Below, one piece after another: positions 1 to 10,550 of a stretch of 64,000 bases of DNA. The notes beneath the pieces were generated by a model that did no database searches, was not told the origin of the DNA, and saw only the letters and a program-made list of their open reading frames with translations. Origin of the DNA: Candidatus Omnitrophota bacterium (GTDB lineage: Bacteria; Omnitrophota; Gorgyraeia; Zapsychrales; JANLHA01); assembly GCA_020632535.1 (NCBI GenBank), contig JACKFJ010000003.1:102166-166165 (forward strand). The letters are read 5' to 3'. Position 1 is the stretch's first letter. Every line of letters starts with the position of its first letter. The position numbers and the translations under genes are program-made.

Positions 1-675
1 ATTGCGCAATTTAAAACCATACATCAGCTGCGGATCACGGCAAAATGTACAAGCATTGTTGCAACCACGGCCAGTGATCAAAGTTAGAAAAGGAAACTTT
101 TTTCCCCCATCGGGATACCATTCCGGCTTAATCAACTGCCAAGCGGGAAAGGGAAGTTCCGCAACATTGACAGTCGGACCGGGTGAATTATGAACAACTT
201 TCTGCCCATCAAACCAAACCATTCCGCCGATTTTCATGGGCTCAATTCCAGCCGCCAAATCACGAAGTTGATAATCATACTCAGCTTTTAGAACATAATC
301 GACGACACCTTTGGCAATTTCAAATGTATTGTCTGGTTCAGCCGTGACATGTTGACCTACAAAAGCCACTTTGCATTTTGTTCTTTCCTTTATAACTTTA
401 GCTTGCTCAATGTCGTTATAAATCGAAGGGGTCGTGGCATGAATCACAAGAAGGTTTGGCTTAAAAGCTGAAACAATATCATACGATTGTTCAGGCGTAA
501 AATTTTGTGCTGCGGCCTCGATAAATGTAACGTCATGACCTTGATCAATCAAAATTTGAGCGGCAATAAGAAGATATTCAGGGTGACGCTGAACACGTCC
601 GCGAGATTTTGCGGACCAACGCGCGACACGAACAAAATCATCACCAAAAGACGGATTGAGAATAGCGACACGCAT
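1..675 (-). CDS. B12-binding-domain radical SAM protein (class B); the 3' part runs off the window start (partial)
   Basis: Absent from the ORF track because there is no stop in the window. My minus-strand translation from the ATG at 675-673 reads MRVAILNPSFGDDFVRVARWSAKSRG...LITGRGCNNACTFCRDPQLMYGFKLRN. A Rossmann-like B12-binding N-domain is followed by CX3CX2C (CNNACTFC). An AAGGAA SD lies just upstream. The frame is open for all 225 codons. Confidence 0.75.
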   Translation of the reverse strand, partial: MRVAILNPSFGDDFVRVARWSAKSRGRVQRHPEYLLIAAQILIDQGHDVTFIEAAAQNFTPEQSYDIVSAFKPNLLVIHATTPSIYNDIEQAKVIKERTKCKVAFVGQHVTAEPDNTFEIAKGVVDYVLKAEYDYQLRDLAAGIEPMKIGGMVWFDGQKVVHNSPGPTVNVAELPFPAWQLIKPEWYPDGGKKFPFLTLITGRGCNNACTFCRDPQLMYGFKLRN

Positions 676-802
676 ATGAATTATTTCCTTAAAAGTCATT
701 AACTTATTAATTCCTGTTTATATTAATCTGTAACATAAAAGATTGCAAGCCCAAATTCATGTGAATATTCATAAAAATCAAGCACGAATCATAAATGCAT
801 CA

Positions 803-831
803 TTGACGAGGAGGAGGCCTTTCTATATAAT
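803..831 (+). promoter_or_regulatory. sigma70-like promoter of acnA
   Basis: TTGACG (803-808), 17-nt spacer, TATAAT (826-831), about 50 nt upstream of the acnA ATG. Confidence 0.5.
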
Positions 832-879
832 ACCGTTTTCTTATTCACGGAAATTTGATTTTAATTGGAGGCCTTTGCA

Positions 880-3576
880 ATGGCGTTAAGTTCCGGCATT
901 CCTGAAGCTAAAAGAAAGTTAAAAACCAAATCAGGAACATCATTTGGTTACTATAATATCGCGGACATTCAAAAAATTGGTTTGCGCAATCCCGCACACT
1001 TGCCGTTTTCAATCAAAATTCTCTTAGAAAGCGCGGTACGCAATTGTGATCATTTTCAAGTCACAAAAGATGATATCCGCAAACTTAGCAATTGGTCACC
1101 CAAAAACTTACCTGTTACCGAAATTGCTTTTAAACCTGGGCGCGTTGTATTACAAGATTTTACCGGCGTTCCGTGTGTCGTCGATCTTGCGGCGATGCGC
1201 TCGGCCATGAAACGATTAGGTGGTGATTATCGCAAAATCAATCCCCAAGTGCCTTGCGATTTAGTCATTGACCACTCAGTACAGGTCGATGCGTTTGGTA
1301 ACAAAGCCGCGTTTGCTATCAATATCAAAAAAGAATTTGAGCGCAACCAAGAGCGTTACGAATTTTTAAAGTGGGGACAAAACGCCTTTAAGAATTTTCG
1401 CGTCGTTCCTCCGGGCACCGGCATTGTACATCAAGTTAATCTGGAATATTTGGCAACCGGTGTTTTAAAAACCAAGATCGCCAAAGAAACAATTCTCTAT
1501 CCTGATAGTCTCGTTGGGACAGACAGCCACACGACAATGATCAATGGTTTAGGCATTGTTGGTTGGGGAGTCGGTGGCATTGAAGCAGAAGCAGTTATGC
1601 TTGGCGAACCCATTTACATGCTCATTCCCGAAGTTATTGGTTTTAAACTGACGGGAGCCTTAAAAGAAGGCGTGACTGCTACCGATTTGGTTTTAACAGT
1701 TACGCAAATTTTGCGTAAAAAAGGTGTGGTTGGAAAATTTGTCGAGTTTTTAGGTTCCGGTCTTAAAAACTTAACTTTACCTGATCGGGCGACTATTGCG
1801 AACATGGCACCTGAGTACGGAGCGACAATTGGACTTTTTCCTGTTGATGATGAGACGTTACGCTATTATCGCATGACCGGCCGTTCACCGGCTCAAGTTG
1901 ACCTCATTAAACGATATATGAAAGCACAAGGCCTTTTCTACGACGGTACATCCACAGAACCCGAATTTACTGATACGCTTGAACTTGATTTATCCACGGT
2001 TGTACCAAGCTTAGCTGGACCAAAACGCCCGCAAGATCGTGTATCATTGACGGACGTGAAAAGTGTTTTCCATAAAAGTTTAACGACCCCCACCAAGGAT
2101 CGTGGCTTTGGCTTAGCGCAAGAAGCCGTTGGTTCAACTGCGACGCTTTCAAATGGTGTCAATGTGACAATTGGACATGGCGCAGTCGTGATCGCTGCCA
2201 TTACTAGCTGTACAAATACATCTAATCCATCAGTTTTAGTCGCAGCAGGATTGGTCGCAAAAAAGGCATTTGAAAAAGGCTTAAAAGTTCCAGCCTTTGT
2301 CAAAACCAGTTTTGCGCCCGGTTCACAAGTTGTCGAAGAATATCTCAATAAAGCAGGGTTACTTAAGTACTTAGAAAAACTAGGTTTTAATATCGTCGGA
2401 TATGGCTGCACAACATGTATCGGGAATAGTGGACCATTACCAGAAAAAATTGCCGCCGCAATTCAAAAAAGCGATCTTGTTGCGGCTAGCGTCTTAAGCG
2501 GAAACCGTAATTTTGAAGGACGCATCAATCCATTTACCAAAGCAAATTTTTTGGCAAGTCCGCCTTTAGTCGTGGCCTATGCTTTAGCCGGCAGCGTGGA
2601 TGTTGATTTAGTAACCGGCATTATCGGCAAAGATCAAAAAGGAAATCCCGTTTATTTACGCGACCTGTGGCCGACACAAGACGAAATTAAAGCTATTACG
2701 ACAAAAACTGTCACTGCGACCGCGTTTCGTCTGCGTTATAAAAATGTGAGTAACGGCAATACCAACTGGAACAAAATTAAAACCGTTACATCCGAATTAT
2801 TCAATTGGAAAAAGGAAAGCACATACATTCAAGAGCCACCATATTTTATTGATATGCTCAAAGAACCCGGCAAAATTCCAACAATCACTAACGCGCGCGT
2901 TTTGATAATGGTCGGAGATTCCATTACAACGGATCATATTTCACCGGCCGGTGATATTGCCCTTAATAGTTCCGCGGGTGAATATTTGATGAGCTTAGGT
3001 GTTGATAAAAACAACTTTAACAGTTATGGTTCTCGTCGCGGAAATGATCGCGTGATGACTCGCGGAACGTTTGCCAATATCCGTCTACGCAATTTGCTCG
3101 CACCCGGCACAGAAGGGTCATGGACAACATATTTGCCGGAAAATAAAGTAATGAGCATTTTTAACGCGTCAGAAATTTATAAAACCCGTGGAACCCCGCT
3201 CGTCATTCTTGCTGGCAAAGAATACGGAACCGGTTCTAGTCGTGATTGGGCCGCTAAAGGGCCGTCGCTTTTGGGCGTCAAAGTCGCGATCGCGCAAAGT
3301 TATGAGCGTATTCATCGCAGCAATTTGGCAGGCATGGGGATTTTGCCACTCGAATTTAAAGACGGCGAAAGCTATGAAACGTTGGGCTTAAAAGGTGATG
3401 AAATTTTTAACTTTATTGATCTTACTGATAATCTTAAACCCGGTCAGGAAATCACTGTGCAAGCCGCAGATAAAATATTTAAAACCAACTGCCGTCTTGA
3501 TACCCCTGTTGAAATCGAATATTTCCGCAACGGCGGCATTTTACAAACAGTCTTACGAAAGTTAGCCAAAGGTTAG
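880..3576 (+). CDS. acnA: aconitate hydratase A (monomeric AcnA/IRP type)
   Basis: The ORF-track entry starts at TTG 865, but the ATG at 880 follows GGAGG (867-871). Aconitase motifs are present: [38 protein letters not shown]. Length is about 898 aa. Confidence 0.95.
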   Translation: MALSSGIPEAKRKLKTKSGTSFGYYNIADIQKIGLRNPAHLPFSIKILLESAVRNCDHFQVTKDDIRKLSNWSPKNLPVTEIAFKPGRVVLQDFTGVPCVVDLAAMRSAMKRLGGDYRKINPQVPCDLVIDHSVQVDAFGNKAAFAINIKKEFERNQERYEFLKWGQNAFKNFRVVPPGTGIVHQVNLEYLATGVLKTKIAKETILYPDSLVGTDSHTTMINGLGIVGWGVGGIEAEAVMLGEPIYMLIPEVIGFKLTGALKEGVTATDLVLTVTQILRKKGVVGKFVEFLGSGLKNLTLPDRATIANMAPEYGATIGLFPVDDETLRYYRMTGRSPAQVDLIKRYMKAQGLFYDGTSTEPEFTDTLELDLSTVVPSLAGPKRPQDRVSLTDVKSVFHKSLTTPTKDRGFGLAQEAVGSTATLSNGVNVTIGHGAVVIAAITSCTNTSNPSVLVAAGLVAKKAFEKGLKVPAFVKTSFAPGSQVVEEYLNKAGLLKYLEKLGFNIVGYGCTTCIGNSGPLPEKIAAAIQKSDLVAASVLSGNRNFEGRINPFTKANFLASPPLVVAYALAGSVDVDLVTGIIGKDQKGNPVYLRDLWPTQDEIKAITTKTVTATAFRLRYKNVSNGNTNWNKIKTVTSELFNWKKESTYIQEPPYFIDMLKEPGKIPTITNARVLIMVGDSITTDHISPAGDIALNSSAGEYLMSLGVDKNNFNSYGSRRGNDRVMTRGTFANIRLRNLLAPGTEGSWTTYLPENKVMSIFNASEIYKTRGTPLVILAGKEYGTGSSRDWAAKGPSLLGVKVAIAQSYERIHRSNLAGMGILPLEFKDGESYETLGLKGDEIFNFIDLTDNLKPGQEITVQAADKIFKTNCRLDTPVEIEYFRNGGILQTVLRKLAKG

Positions 3577-3581
3577 TTAAT

Positions 3582-4994
3582 ATGTCAAAAACAATGTATG
3601 ACAAAATATGGGAATCCCATTTAGTCCATGATAGCGCAGGCGAAACGTCAATTATTTACGTTGACCGCCATCTTATCCATGAAGTCACAAGCCCCCAAGC
3701 TTTTGAAGGTTTACGTCTGACAAAGCGCCAAGTCCGTTGTCCAAACAAAACATTTGCAACAATGGATCATAATGTTTCGACAAAAACTAAGAATTGGTCG
3801 CTCGTCGAAGAAACATCAAAAATTCAGATGCAAAGACTTTCAGACAATTGCAAAGAATTCGGTGTAGCGCTGTATGACTTTTCTCATCAAGATCAAGGAA
3901 TTGTCCACGTTATTGGACCAGAATTAGGATTAACACAGCCGGGAATGGTAATCGTTTGCGGTGATTCTCATACGGCGACACATGGCGCATTTGGCGCATT
4001 GGCTTTCGGCATCGGGACATCAGAAGTCGAGCATGTTTTAGCAACACAAACATTGCAACAAGATAAATCCAAATCCATGCTCATTAATATCGATGGAAAT
4101 TTAGGTTTTGGCATTACCCCTAAGGATATTATCCTTTTTATCATTGGCCAAATCGGAACCGCAGGCGCAACAGGTTATGTCATGGAATATGCTGGGTCTG
4201 CAATCCGGGCACTATCCATGGAAGGCCGCATGACAATTTGCAATATGAGTATCGAAGCGGGCGGACGGGCGGGGATGATCGCTCCAGATGAAACAACATT
4301 TGCATACATCAAAGGCCGCGATTTTGCACCAAAAGGCGCGGACTGGGATAAAGCCATCGCCTATTGGAAAAAATTACCGAGCGACACCGATGCCAATTTT
4401 GACAAAGTGATCAATATCAAAGCCGAAGACATTCAACCGCAAGTGACGTGGGGAACAAGTCCCGGCCAAGTCACATCAATTGAAGGCATTGTTCCTGATC
4501 CCGAAAGTTTCACCAATCCTGTTGATCGCAGCGCGGCTCGCAACGCGCTGGATTACATGGGCCTTAAAGCGAATACGCCACTCGATGGGTTAGCTGTCGA
4601 TAAAGTTTTTCTCGGTTCATGCACAAACGGCCGTATTGAAGATTTACGTGCCGCCGCCGCCATTGTCAAAGGGAAAAAAGTTGATCCATCTGTGCAAGCT
4701 ATTGTCGTCCCCGGTTCAGGCCGTGTCCGTCGACAAGCGGAAAAAGAAGGACTGCACGATATTTTTACCGCCGCGGGCTTTGAATGGCGTTTTGCCGGCT
4801 GTTCAATGTGTCTCGGCATGAATGATGACCAACTTAAAAAAGGCGAGCGCTGTGCCTCGTCGAGTAATCGCAATTTTGAAGGACGACAAGGACCCGGTGG
4901 CCGCACACATTTGATGAGTCCCGAAATGGCCGCTCTTGCGGCATTAAAAGGTAAAATTACTGATGTTCGAAAAGCTTTAAAGGAAATAAAGTAA
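3582..4994 (+). CDS. leuC: 3-isopropylmalate dehydratase large subunit
   Basis: 470 aa. Motifs: [51 protein letters not shown]. Confidence 0.95.
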   Translation: MSKTMYDKIWESHLVHDSAGETSIIYVDRHLIHEVTSPQAFEGLRLTKRQVRCPNKTFATMDHNVSTKTKNWSLVEETSKIQMQRLSDNCKEFGVALYDFSHQDQGIVHVIGPELGLTQPGMVIVCGDSHTATHGAFGALAFGIGTSEVEHVLATQTLQQDKSKSMLINIDGNLGFGITPKDIILFIIGQIGTAGATGYVMEYAGSAIRALSMEGRMTICNMSIEAGGRAGMIAPDETTFAYIKGRDFAPKGADWDKAIAYWKKLPSDTDANFDKVINIKAEDIQPQVTWGTSPGQVTSIEGIVPDPESFTNPVDRSAARNALDYMGLKANTPLDGLAVDKVFLGSCTNGRIEDLRAAAAIVKGKKVDPSVQAIVVPGSGRVRRQAEKEGLHDIFTAAGFEWRFAGCSMCLGMNDDQLKKGERCASSSNRNFEGRQGPGGRTHLMSPEMAALAALKGKITDVRKALKEIK

Positions 4995-5410
4995 TGCAAC
5001 AAAAAATCTTTTATCCTGATCGTTACAATATTTCAAAAATCCTGCTTTTTACAATGATCGTGATGGTCTTGGGCATTGGGTTTTTTGTCAATTTCACAGC
5101 GATATTCTATGTCGTAGTGCTCTGCGTCCTTATTGATATTTTTATTTTAGGTGCGCTATTTCGGCTTCATTTCAATTTTGAAAAGCGTAACATAACAGGC
5201 TTGAGCCCTACATCCGGAATTTTCATTGCGACACTTTCCATTGACGACTTAGACGTCGAGGACAATGCAAAGACAGGCAAGTCAAAACAAATTCTACTAA
5301 AAAAACGAAATTCACCCGACATGATTAAAATTCAGACAGAACTTTTTTCTGATGAAACACTTACCCAAATTCGATCAATTATTAAAAACAAATTTATTCT
5401 TGGAGGTTAA
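4994..5410 (+). CDS. hypothetical small membrane protein (2 predicted TM helices plus a soluble tail) wedged between leuC and leuD
   Basis: 138-aa ORF. Its ATG overlaps the leuC TAA by 1 nt. Hydrophobic stretches are [19 protein letters not shown] and [20 protein letters not shown]. Its 3' end contains the GGAGG used by leuD. I recognise no family. Confidence 0.55.
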   Translation: MQQKIFYPDRYNISKILLFTMIVMVLGIGFFVNFTAIFYVVVLCVLIDIFILGALFRLHFNFEKRNITGLSPTSGIFIATLSIDDLDVEDNAKTGKSKQILLKKRNSPDMIKIQTELFSDETLTQIRSIIKNKFILGG

Positions 5411-5417
5411 ACTTTTA

Positions 5418-6032
5418 ATGGAACCTTTTGACGTGCATACTGGCATCGCCGCACCGATCGACCGCGTCAACATTGACACGGATGCCATCATTCCAAAACA
5501 ATTTTTGCGTAAAATTGAACGCACTGGTTTTGGCAAACATCTTTTTCATGAATGGCGCTTCTTAGATTATGAAGGGACTAAAGAAAATCCCGACTTTGTA
5601 TTAAACAAACCGGCGTTTCGCAAAGCCACAATTCTTTTAGCGCGTGATAATTTTGGCTGTGGTTCAAGTCGCGAACATGCACCATGGGCATTGACTGATT
5701 ATGGATTTCGCGTCATTGTTGCCCCCAGCTTCGCCGATATCTTTTACAACAACTCCGTCAAAAATGGACTTTTACTCATTACTCTTAAAACAAATGAAGT
5801 AGATGAGCTTTTTAAGGACGCCGCGCAAAATCCCGGCGAAAGCATGACCGCGGATTTAGAAAAGCAAACGATTTCAACTCACACCGGAAAAACATATTCA
5901 TTTGAAATCAATTCCTTTTCAAAACATTGTTTGCTTAATGGACTCGACCAAATCGGATGGACGCAACAATTTAATAATGACATTACAAAATATGAAGAAA
6001 AAGTAAATAAAGAAATGCCTTGGTTGGCATAA
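5418..6032 (+). CDS. leuD: 3-isopropylmalate dehydratase small subunit
   Basis: The ORF-track entry starts at 5352, but the ATG at 5418 is preceded by GGAGG (5402-5406). The product starts [22 protein letters not shown] and contains [15 protein letters not shown]. Confidence 0.93.
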   Translation: MEPFDVHTGIAAPIDRVNIDTDAIIPKQFLRKIERTGFGKHLFHEWRFLDYEGTKENPDFVLNKPAFRKATILLARDNFGCGSSREHAPWALTDYGFRVIVAPSFADIFYNNSVKNGLLLITLKTNEVDELFKDAAQNPGESMTADLEKQTISTHTGKTYSFEINSFSKHCLLNGLDQIGWTQQFNNDITKYEEKVNKEMPWLA

Positions 6033-6041
6033 AGGAATGCT

Positions 6042-7727
6042 ATGTCAAAAAATGAAAATTTAGCTCGCAAACATTCTGCCAAAATTATTGATGGTTACGA
6101 ACGCGCAGCAAGTCGCGCGATGTTGCGTGCGGTTGGTTTCAAAGACGAAGATTTCAGCAAAAATCAAATCGGCATCGCCTCAACATGGAGCATGATCACT
6201 CCATGCAACATGCACATTGATAAGCTCGCTCTCAAAGCGCAAGAGGGTATTGACGCCAATGGTGGGAAGGGTTTGATATTTGGGACTATCACAATTTCCG
6301 ACGGTATTTCGATGGGAACAGAAGGGATGAAATATTCTCTCGTATCCCGTGAAGTTATTGCAGATTCGATTGAAACCGTCATGGGATGCGAAGGATTCGA
6401 TGGACTCGTTGCAATTGGCGGCTGTGATAAAAATATGCCGGGTTGCCTTATGGCTATCGCACGATTAAATCGGCCTAGTATTTTTGTCTATGGTGGAACC
6501 ATTTTGCCCGGCTGCTACAAAGATAAAAATGTTGATGTGGTTTCAGTATTTGAAGCCGTTGGTCAATTCGCCAATAAAAAGATTTCTGCCAATGATTTAA
6601 AAGATGTGGAATCATGCGCAATTCCCGGACCGGGTTCATGTGGAGGGATGTACACAGCAAACACCATGGCCTCCGCGATTGAAGCGCTCGGCATGAGTTT
6701 GCCCAACAGTTCAATGCAAGTGGCAATTTCTAAAGAAAAAGAAGACGATTGTGTCAACGCCGGAAAAGCTGTTCTAAATCTAATAAAACTTGGCATTAAA
6801 CCTAAAGATATTTTGACGCGCAGGGCCTTTGAAAACGCCATCACCGTCGTCATCGCGATCGGTGGTTCAACGAATGCCGTTTTGCATTTGTTAGCGATTG
6901 CGCATAGCGCGGGTGTCAAACTTTCCCTTGATGATTTCACGCGCATCGGAAAAAAAGTTCCGGTCTTAGCCGATCTTAAACCAAGTGGCAAGTATGTGAC
7001 CGCGGAATTGGTCAAAATTGGTGGTATCACACCTTTGATGAAAACCTTGCTTGATGCTGGATTATTACACGGGGATTGCGTGACCGTTACCGGAAAAACT
7101 TTGGCTGAAAACTTAAAGGATGTGAAGCCGTATCTCGACGGTCAGCAAATCATCAGACCTTTAAACAATCCAATCAAAAAAGACAGCCATTTGGTTATTC
7201 TCTACGGAAATTTGGCACCCGAAGGGGCCGTCGCAAAAATCAGCGGCAAAGAAGGATTACGCTTTAGCGGAACAGCCAAAGTGTATGATTCAGAAGAGAA
7301 GGCACTTCAAAAAATTCTGGATGGCACAATTAAAAAAGGTGATGTTGTCGTGGTCAGATACGAAGGCCCGCGTGGCGGACCCGGAATGCGCGAAATGCTT
7401 TCTCCAACATCCGCCGTTATGGGCAAAGGATTAGGGAAAGATGTTGCCCTCATCACCGATGGACGCTTTTCTGGTGGTAGCCATGGCTTTGTTGTCGGCC
7501 ATATTACACCGGAAGCGTATAATGGCGGCCCGCTTGCAATTATAAAAAACGGCGATACCATTATCATCGATGCTAATACCCGTGAACTCAATGTTAATAT
7601 TTCAGCTGTCGAAATCAAGCAACGACTCAAGAAATGGAAACAACCACAACCACGCTATACACGCGGTGTTCTCAGTAAATATCAAAAAGTCGTTACGTCC
7701 GCGTCACACGGTGCAGTTACCGATTAA
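6042..7727 (+). CDS. ilvD: dihydroxy-acid dehydratase
   Basis: 561 aa. Motifs: [45 protein letters not shown] upstream. Confidence 0.95.
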   Translation: MSKNENLARKHSAKIIDGYERAASRAMLRAVGFKDEDFSKNQIGIASTWSMITPCNMHIDKLALKAQEGIDANGGKGLIFGTITISDGISMGTEGMKYSLVSREVIADSIETVMGCEGFDGLVAIGGCDKNMPGCLMAIARLNRPSIFVYGGTILPGCYKDKNVDVVSVFEAVGQFANKKISANDLKDVESCAIPGPGSCGGMYTANTMASAIEALGMSLPNSSMQVAISKEKEDDCVNAGKAVLNLIKLGIKPKDILTRRAFENAITVVIAIGGSTNAVLHLLAIAHSAGVKLSLDDFTRIGKKVPVLADLKPSGKYVTAELVKIGGITPLMKTLLDAGLLHGDCVTVTGKTLAENLKDVKPYLDGQQIIRPLNNPIKKDSHLVILYGNLAPEGAVAKISGKEGLRFSGTAKVYDSEEKALQKILDGTIKKGDVVVVRYEGPRGGPGMREMLSPTSAVMGKGLGKDVALITDGRFSGGSHGFVVGHITPEAYNGGPLAIIKNGDTIIIDANTRELNVNISAVEIKQRLKKWKQPQPRYTRGVLSKYQKVVTSASHGAVTD

Positions 7728-7734
7728 CCCAATC

Positions 7735-7807
7735 CCATCGCGAGGAGGCCAAAGGCCGACGCGGCGATCTTAAAGAGATTGCTTCGTCACTTCGTTCCTC
7801 GCAATGG
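7735..7807. repeat. nested-palindrome intergenic repeat, copy A
   Basis: Sequence: CCATCGCGAGGAGGCCAAAGGCCGACGCGGCGATCTTAAAGAGATTGCTTCGTCACTTCGTTCCTCGCAATGG. The outer arms CCATCGCGAGGA / TCCTCGCAATGG are inverted repeats. The inner arms are GCGATCT / AGATTGC. The first 36 nt match copy B (59962-) at about 28/36. Confidence 0.6.
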
Positions 7808-7866
7808 ATATAACAAAAGTTCATTTTTCTCTTTTAACATTGATAATAACATCATAAACTACACAC

Positions 7867-8931
7867 ATGGCTGGCAATTCATTTGGACAATTATTCCGGA
7901 TTACAACTTTTGGCGAAAGCCACGGTGCTGGCATCGGTGTTATTATTGATGGCGTTTTGCCAAATATTGATTTGAACGAAGCTGACATTCAAGTTGACCT
8001 TGATCGTCGTCGACCTGGGCAAAGCAAAATCACGACCCAGCGCCAAGAAAGTGATACAGCAGAAATTTTATCAGGTGTGTTTGAGGGGAAAACAACCGGC
8101 GCGCCAATTGCCATTCTAATACGCAATAGCAATCAAAGACCACAGGATTACTCCGAAATCAAAGATGTTTTCCGCCCAGGACACGCGGATTATTCTTTTT
8201 TAGCAAAATTTGGCATTCGTGATTATCGTGGCGGAGGAAGATCATCCGGACGAGAGACAGCCTGCCGTGTTGCCGCGGGAGCTGTCGCCAAAAAAATCCT
8301 ACTCAATGCCGGAATAAAAGTCATTGCATACACACTTTCGGTTGGTCGCATTACCGCCAAGAAAATTGATTTTAGTGTGATTGATAAAAATATCGTTCGT
8401 GCGCCTGATCTTGAAGTCGCCGAATTGATGATTGCCGAAATTGAAAAAGCACGTAAGGATTTAGATTCTGTCGGTGGTATCGTTGAAGCTGTTGTTCAAG
8501 GATGTCCCGCGGGTTTAGGAGATCCTGTTTTTGATAAACTCAACGCTAAACTTTCACACGCTCTTATGTCCATTGGGACCATTCGCGGCATTGAATTCGG
8601 CGAAGGATTTCGTGCCACCACGATGCGCGCGTCTGAACATAATGATCCATTCATCGCCAAATCAAAAGCAGTGCATACAAAAACAAATCACGCGGGGGGA
8701 ATTTTAGGCGGGATATCCACCGGTGAAGATATTGTTTTGCGTGTTGCGGTCAAACCACCTTCTTCAATCGCGAAAGAACAAGATACAATCAATACCAAGT
8801 TGGATCCAATAAAAATTCAAGTCAAAGGCCGGCATGATCCATGCATTTGCCCACGAGTCGTTCCCGTTGTCGAAGCCATGATCGCCGTCACTTTGGCGGA
8901 TGCTCTTTTAATTCAAAAAAGTATTAGATAA
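7867..8931 (+). CDS. aroC: chorismate synthase
   Basis: 354 aa. Motifs: FGESHG, RPGHADY, RGGGRSSGRETA. Confidence 0.95.
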   Translation: MAGNSFGQLFRITTFGESHGAGIGVIIDGVLPNIDLNEADIQVDLDRRRPGQSKITTQRQESDTAEILSGVFEGKTTGAPIAILIRNSNQRPQDYSEIKDVFRPGHADYSFLAKFGIRDYRGGGRSSGRETACRVAAGAVAKKILLNAGIKVIAYTLSVGRITAKKIDFSVIDKNIVRAPDLEVAELMIAEIEKARKDLDSVGGIVEAVVQGCPAGLGDPVFDKLNAKLSHALMSIGTIRGIEFGEGFRATTMRASEHNDPFIAKSKAVHTKTNHAGGILGGISTGEDIVLRVAVKPPSSIAKEQDTINTKLDPIKIQVKGRHDPCICPRVVPVVEAMIAVTLADALLIQKSIR

Positions 8932-8939
8932 CTCTGCTT

Positions 8940-9815
8940 ATGCCTGCACCAAAGTTTGAACCCAAAGTTATATTTATTACGGGTTGTTCCAGTGGCTTCG
9001 GTCTGCGCACCGCGGTACGGCTTGCTAAAAGCGGCCATCACGTCATTGCCACAATGCGCGATCTTAATCGCAGTGGCACACTCACCGACGAAATTCGTAA
9101 TGCCAATAAACATGTCGATCTTTTCAAAATGGACGTCACTGATAAGCGAATCATCAAGGAAGTTGTCCGTGCTGTTGCCGCAAAATACGGCTATATTGAT
9201 GTTTTAATTAATAATGCCGGTTTTGGTTTAGGTGGATTTTTTGAAGATTTGGCTGATGAAGAAATCCGAAACCAGATGGAAACAAATTTCTTTGGTGTGC
9301 AAAATGTGACGAGGGAAGTAATCCCTTGCATGCGTCAAAGACGCAGTGGAAAGATTATTAATATTTCCAGTATCGCGGGTCTATCAGCATCACCAAGTTT
9401 TAGCGCGTACAATGCGAGCAAATGGGCTCTCGAGGGCTTTTCAGAAAGCCTGCGATATGAAATGAAAATCTGGGGAATTGATGTCGTACTGATTGAACCC
9501 GGAACATATAAAACAAAAATATTTTATGAAAATGCCCGCTATGGCAAAAATTTCACCAATGCCGACAGCCCATATTTTACAATTTCATCGTTTCTTGCCA
9601 AGAAAGTAAAAACCTACGTTGATGGGTGTGATAAAAACCTTGAAGATATTCCTAAACTCATCGAAAAAATAATCAATTCAAAAAAACCGCCATTTCGCAA
9701 CATTCCCGATATTGAAACACGAATTTTGTATGGCTTACGAAAAATCCTCCCATTTCGTCTCTATAGTTTCCTGATTTACAAGACTTTATTTTCAGGATTT
9801 CAACTTCCAAAATAA
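8940..9815 (+). CDS. short-chain dehydrogenase/reductase (classical SDR)
   Basis: 291 aa. ITGCSSGFG glycine-rich motif, NNAG, and the YNASK catalytic YxxxK. Confidence 0.85.
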   Translation: MPAPKFEPKVIFITGCSSGFGLRTAVRLAKSGHHVIATMRDLNRSGTLTDEIRNANKHVDLFKMDVTDKRIIKEVVRAVAAKYGYIDVLINNAGFGLGGFFEDLADEEIRNQMETNFFGVQNVTREVIPCMRQRRSGKIINISSIAGLSASPSFSAYNASKWALEGFSESLRYEMKIWGIDVVLIEPGTYKTKIFYENARYGKNFTNADSPYFTISSFLAKKVKTYVDGCDKNLEDIPKLIEKIINSKKPPFRNIPDIETRILYGLRKILPFRLYSFLIYKTLFSGFQLPK

Positions 9816-9825
9816 AAATAAAATT

Positions 9826-10467
9826 TCACATCCGATCCTTTAGAAAACTTTCCAAATTACCAGACTGCAAATAAGGATTTGTTTTCTTTTGCTCACCCAA
9901 AGTTTCAAAAGCAACATCTCCATAATTATGTCCGGGATAAATAACTGTCGTATCAGGAAGCTTTAAAATCACATTTTGTAAACTTTTAAATAAAGTCTCG
10001 GCACTGCCGCCGGGAAGATCAACGCGTCCACAACCGTCGATAAATAAGGTGTCACCTGCAATCAAAATATCTTTATACTTAAAGCACTGACAACCGGGTG
10101 TATGACCAGGCGTATGGAGGCATTCCAATTCCAATGCACCCACCTTGAGAACAGCCCGATCCGCAACTTTTTTAAGATTTTTACATTTCGGTGTGTAGAA
10201 GGGGGCCTCATGCTCAGAAATATAAACCGAGACATCATGAGTTGTCTGCAGTTCATCAATTCCATTTACATGATCCTTATGACCGTGCGTTAAGAATATA
10301 TTCGTGATTTTATATCCCTTTTCTTTAGCATGATTGCGTAAGTATGCAACATCCCAAGCCGGGTCAATCACCGCAATTTCCCCACTAGCTTTATCACCGA
10401 TAAAATAAATAAAATTATTCATTGGTCCTATTTCCATCTGCTCGAGTATCAATTCAGGGTATTTCAT
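9826..10467 (-). CDS. metallo-beta-lactamase-fold hydrolase (glyoxalase II-like)
   Basis: 213 aa. Contains THGHKDH (HxHxDH) plus downstream His/Asp ligands (HTPGHTPG, GDTLF). Confidence 0.85.
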   Translation of the reverse strand: MKYPELILEQMEIGPMNNFIYFIGDKASGEIAVIDPAWDVAYLRNHAKEKGYKITNIFLTHGHKDHVNGIDELQTTHDVSVYISEHEAPFYTPKCKNLKKVADRAVLKVGALELECLHTPGHTPGCQCFKYKDILIAGDTLFIDGCGRVDLPGGSAETLFKSLQNVILKLPDTTVIYPGHNYGDVAFETLGEQKKTNPYLQSGNLESFLKDRM

Positions 10468-10550
10468 ATCTTTCTCCTTTTAATTTTTGTATTTTCATTA
10501 TAAAATCATTCAGCTTTTATTCAAGCCATACATTTACTAAGGAGAGCGCA

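Noticed and set aside
762-771. Perfect 10-bp palindrome TGAATATTCA upstream of the acnA promoter (possible iron-regulator site)
   Set aside because: It is too short and AT-rich to be significant in this composition. It matches neither the classic Fur box nor the palindrome at 11162-11182.
865-879. TTG start at 865 for aconitase, as given by the ORF track
   Set aside because: GGAGG (867-871) lies inside that extension and is correctly spaced for the ATG at 880. The extra MEAFA residues are not part of conserved AcnA N-termini.
1938-2411. 157-aa antisense ORF inside acnA. There are similar antisense or alternate-frame ORFs inside leuC (4553-5002), ilvD (6563-7030, 7307-7630), the permeases (13374-13748, 14438-14785, 15035-15370), the secretin (39808-40215) and the giant pilin gene (40629-41060, 41222-41875).
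   Set aside because: All are embedded in strongly supported genes on the other strand or in another frame. Their sequences are low-complexity or biased, they have no SD, and I recognise no motifs. They are typical shadow ORFs.
5352-5417. Upstream extensions offered by the ORF track for leuD (5352), the redoxin (10422), the ABC ATPase (12459), permease 1 (13291), OFOR beta (24090), PilP-like (38151), the minor pilin (42515), iscA (16841) and bolA-like (63264).
   Set aside because: In most cases (leuD, the redoxin, the ABC ATPase, permease 1, OFOR beta, the minor pilin) an internal ATG or GTG is preceded by a well-spaced GGAG-type SD. In several cases (permease 1, OFOR beta, PilP-like) it also coincides with the upstream gene's stop (ATGA or GTGA coupling). 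For iscA and the bolA-like gene the choice rests on the conserved protein beginning at the internal ATG. The extensions overlap upstream genes and add non-conserved residues.
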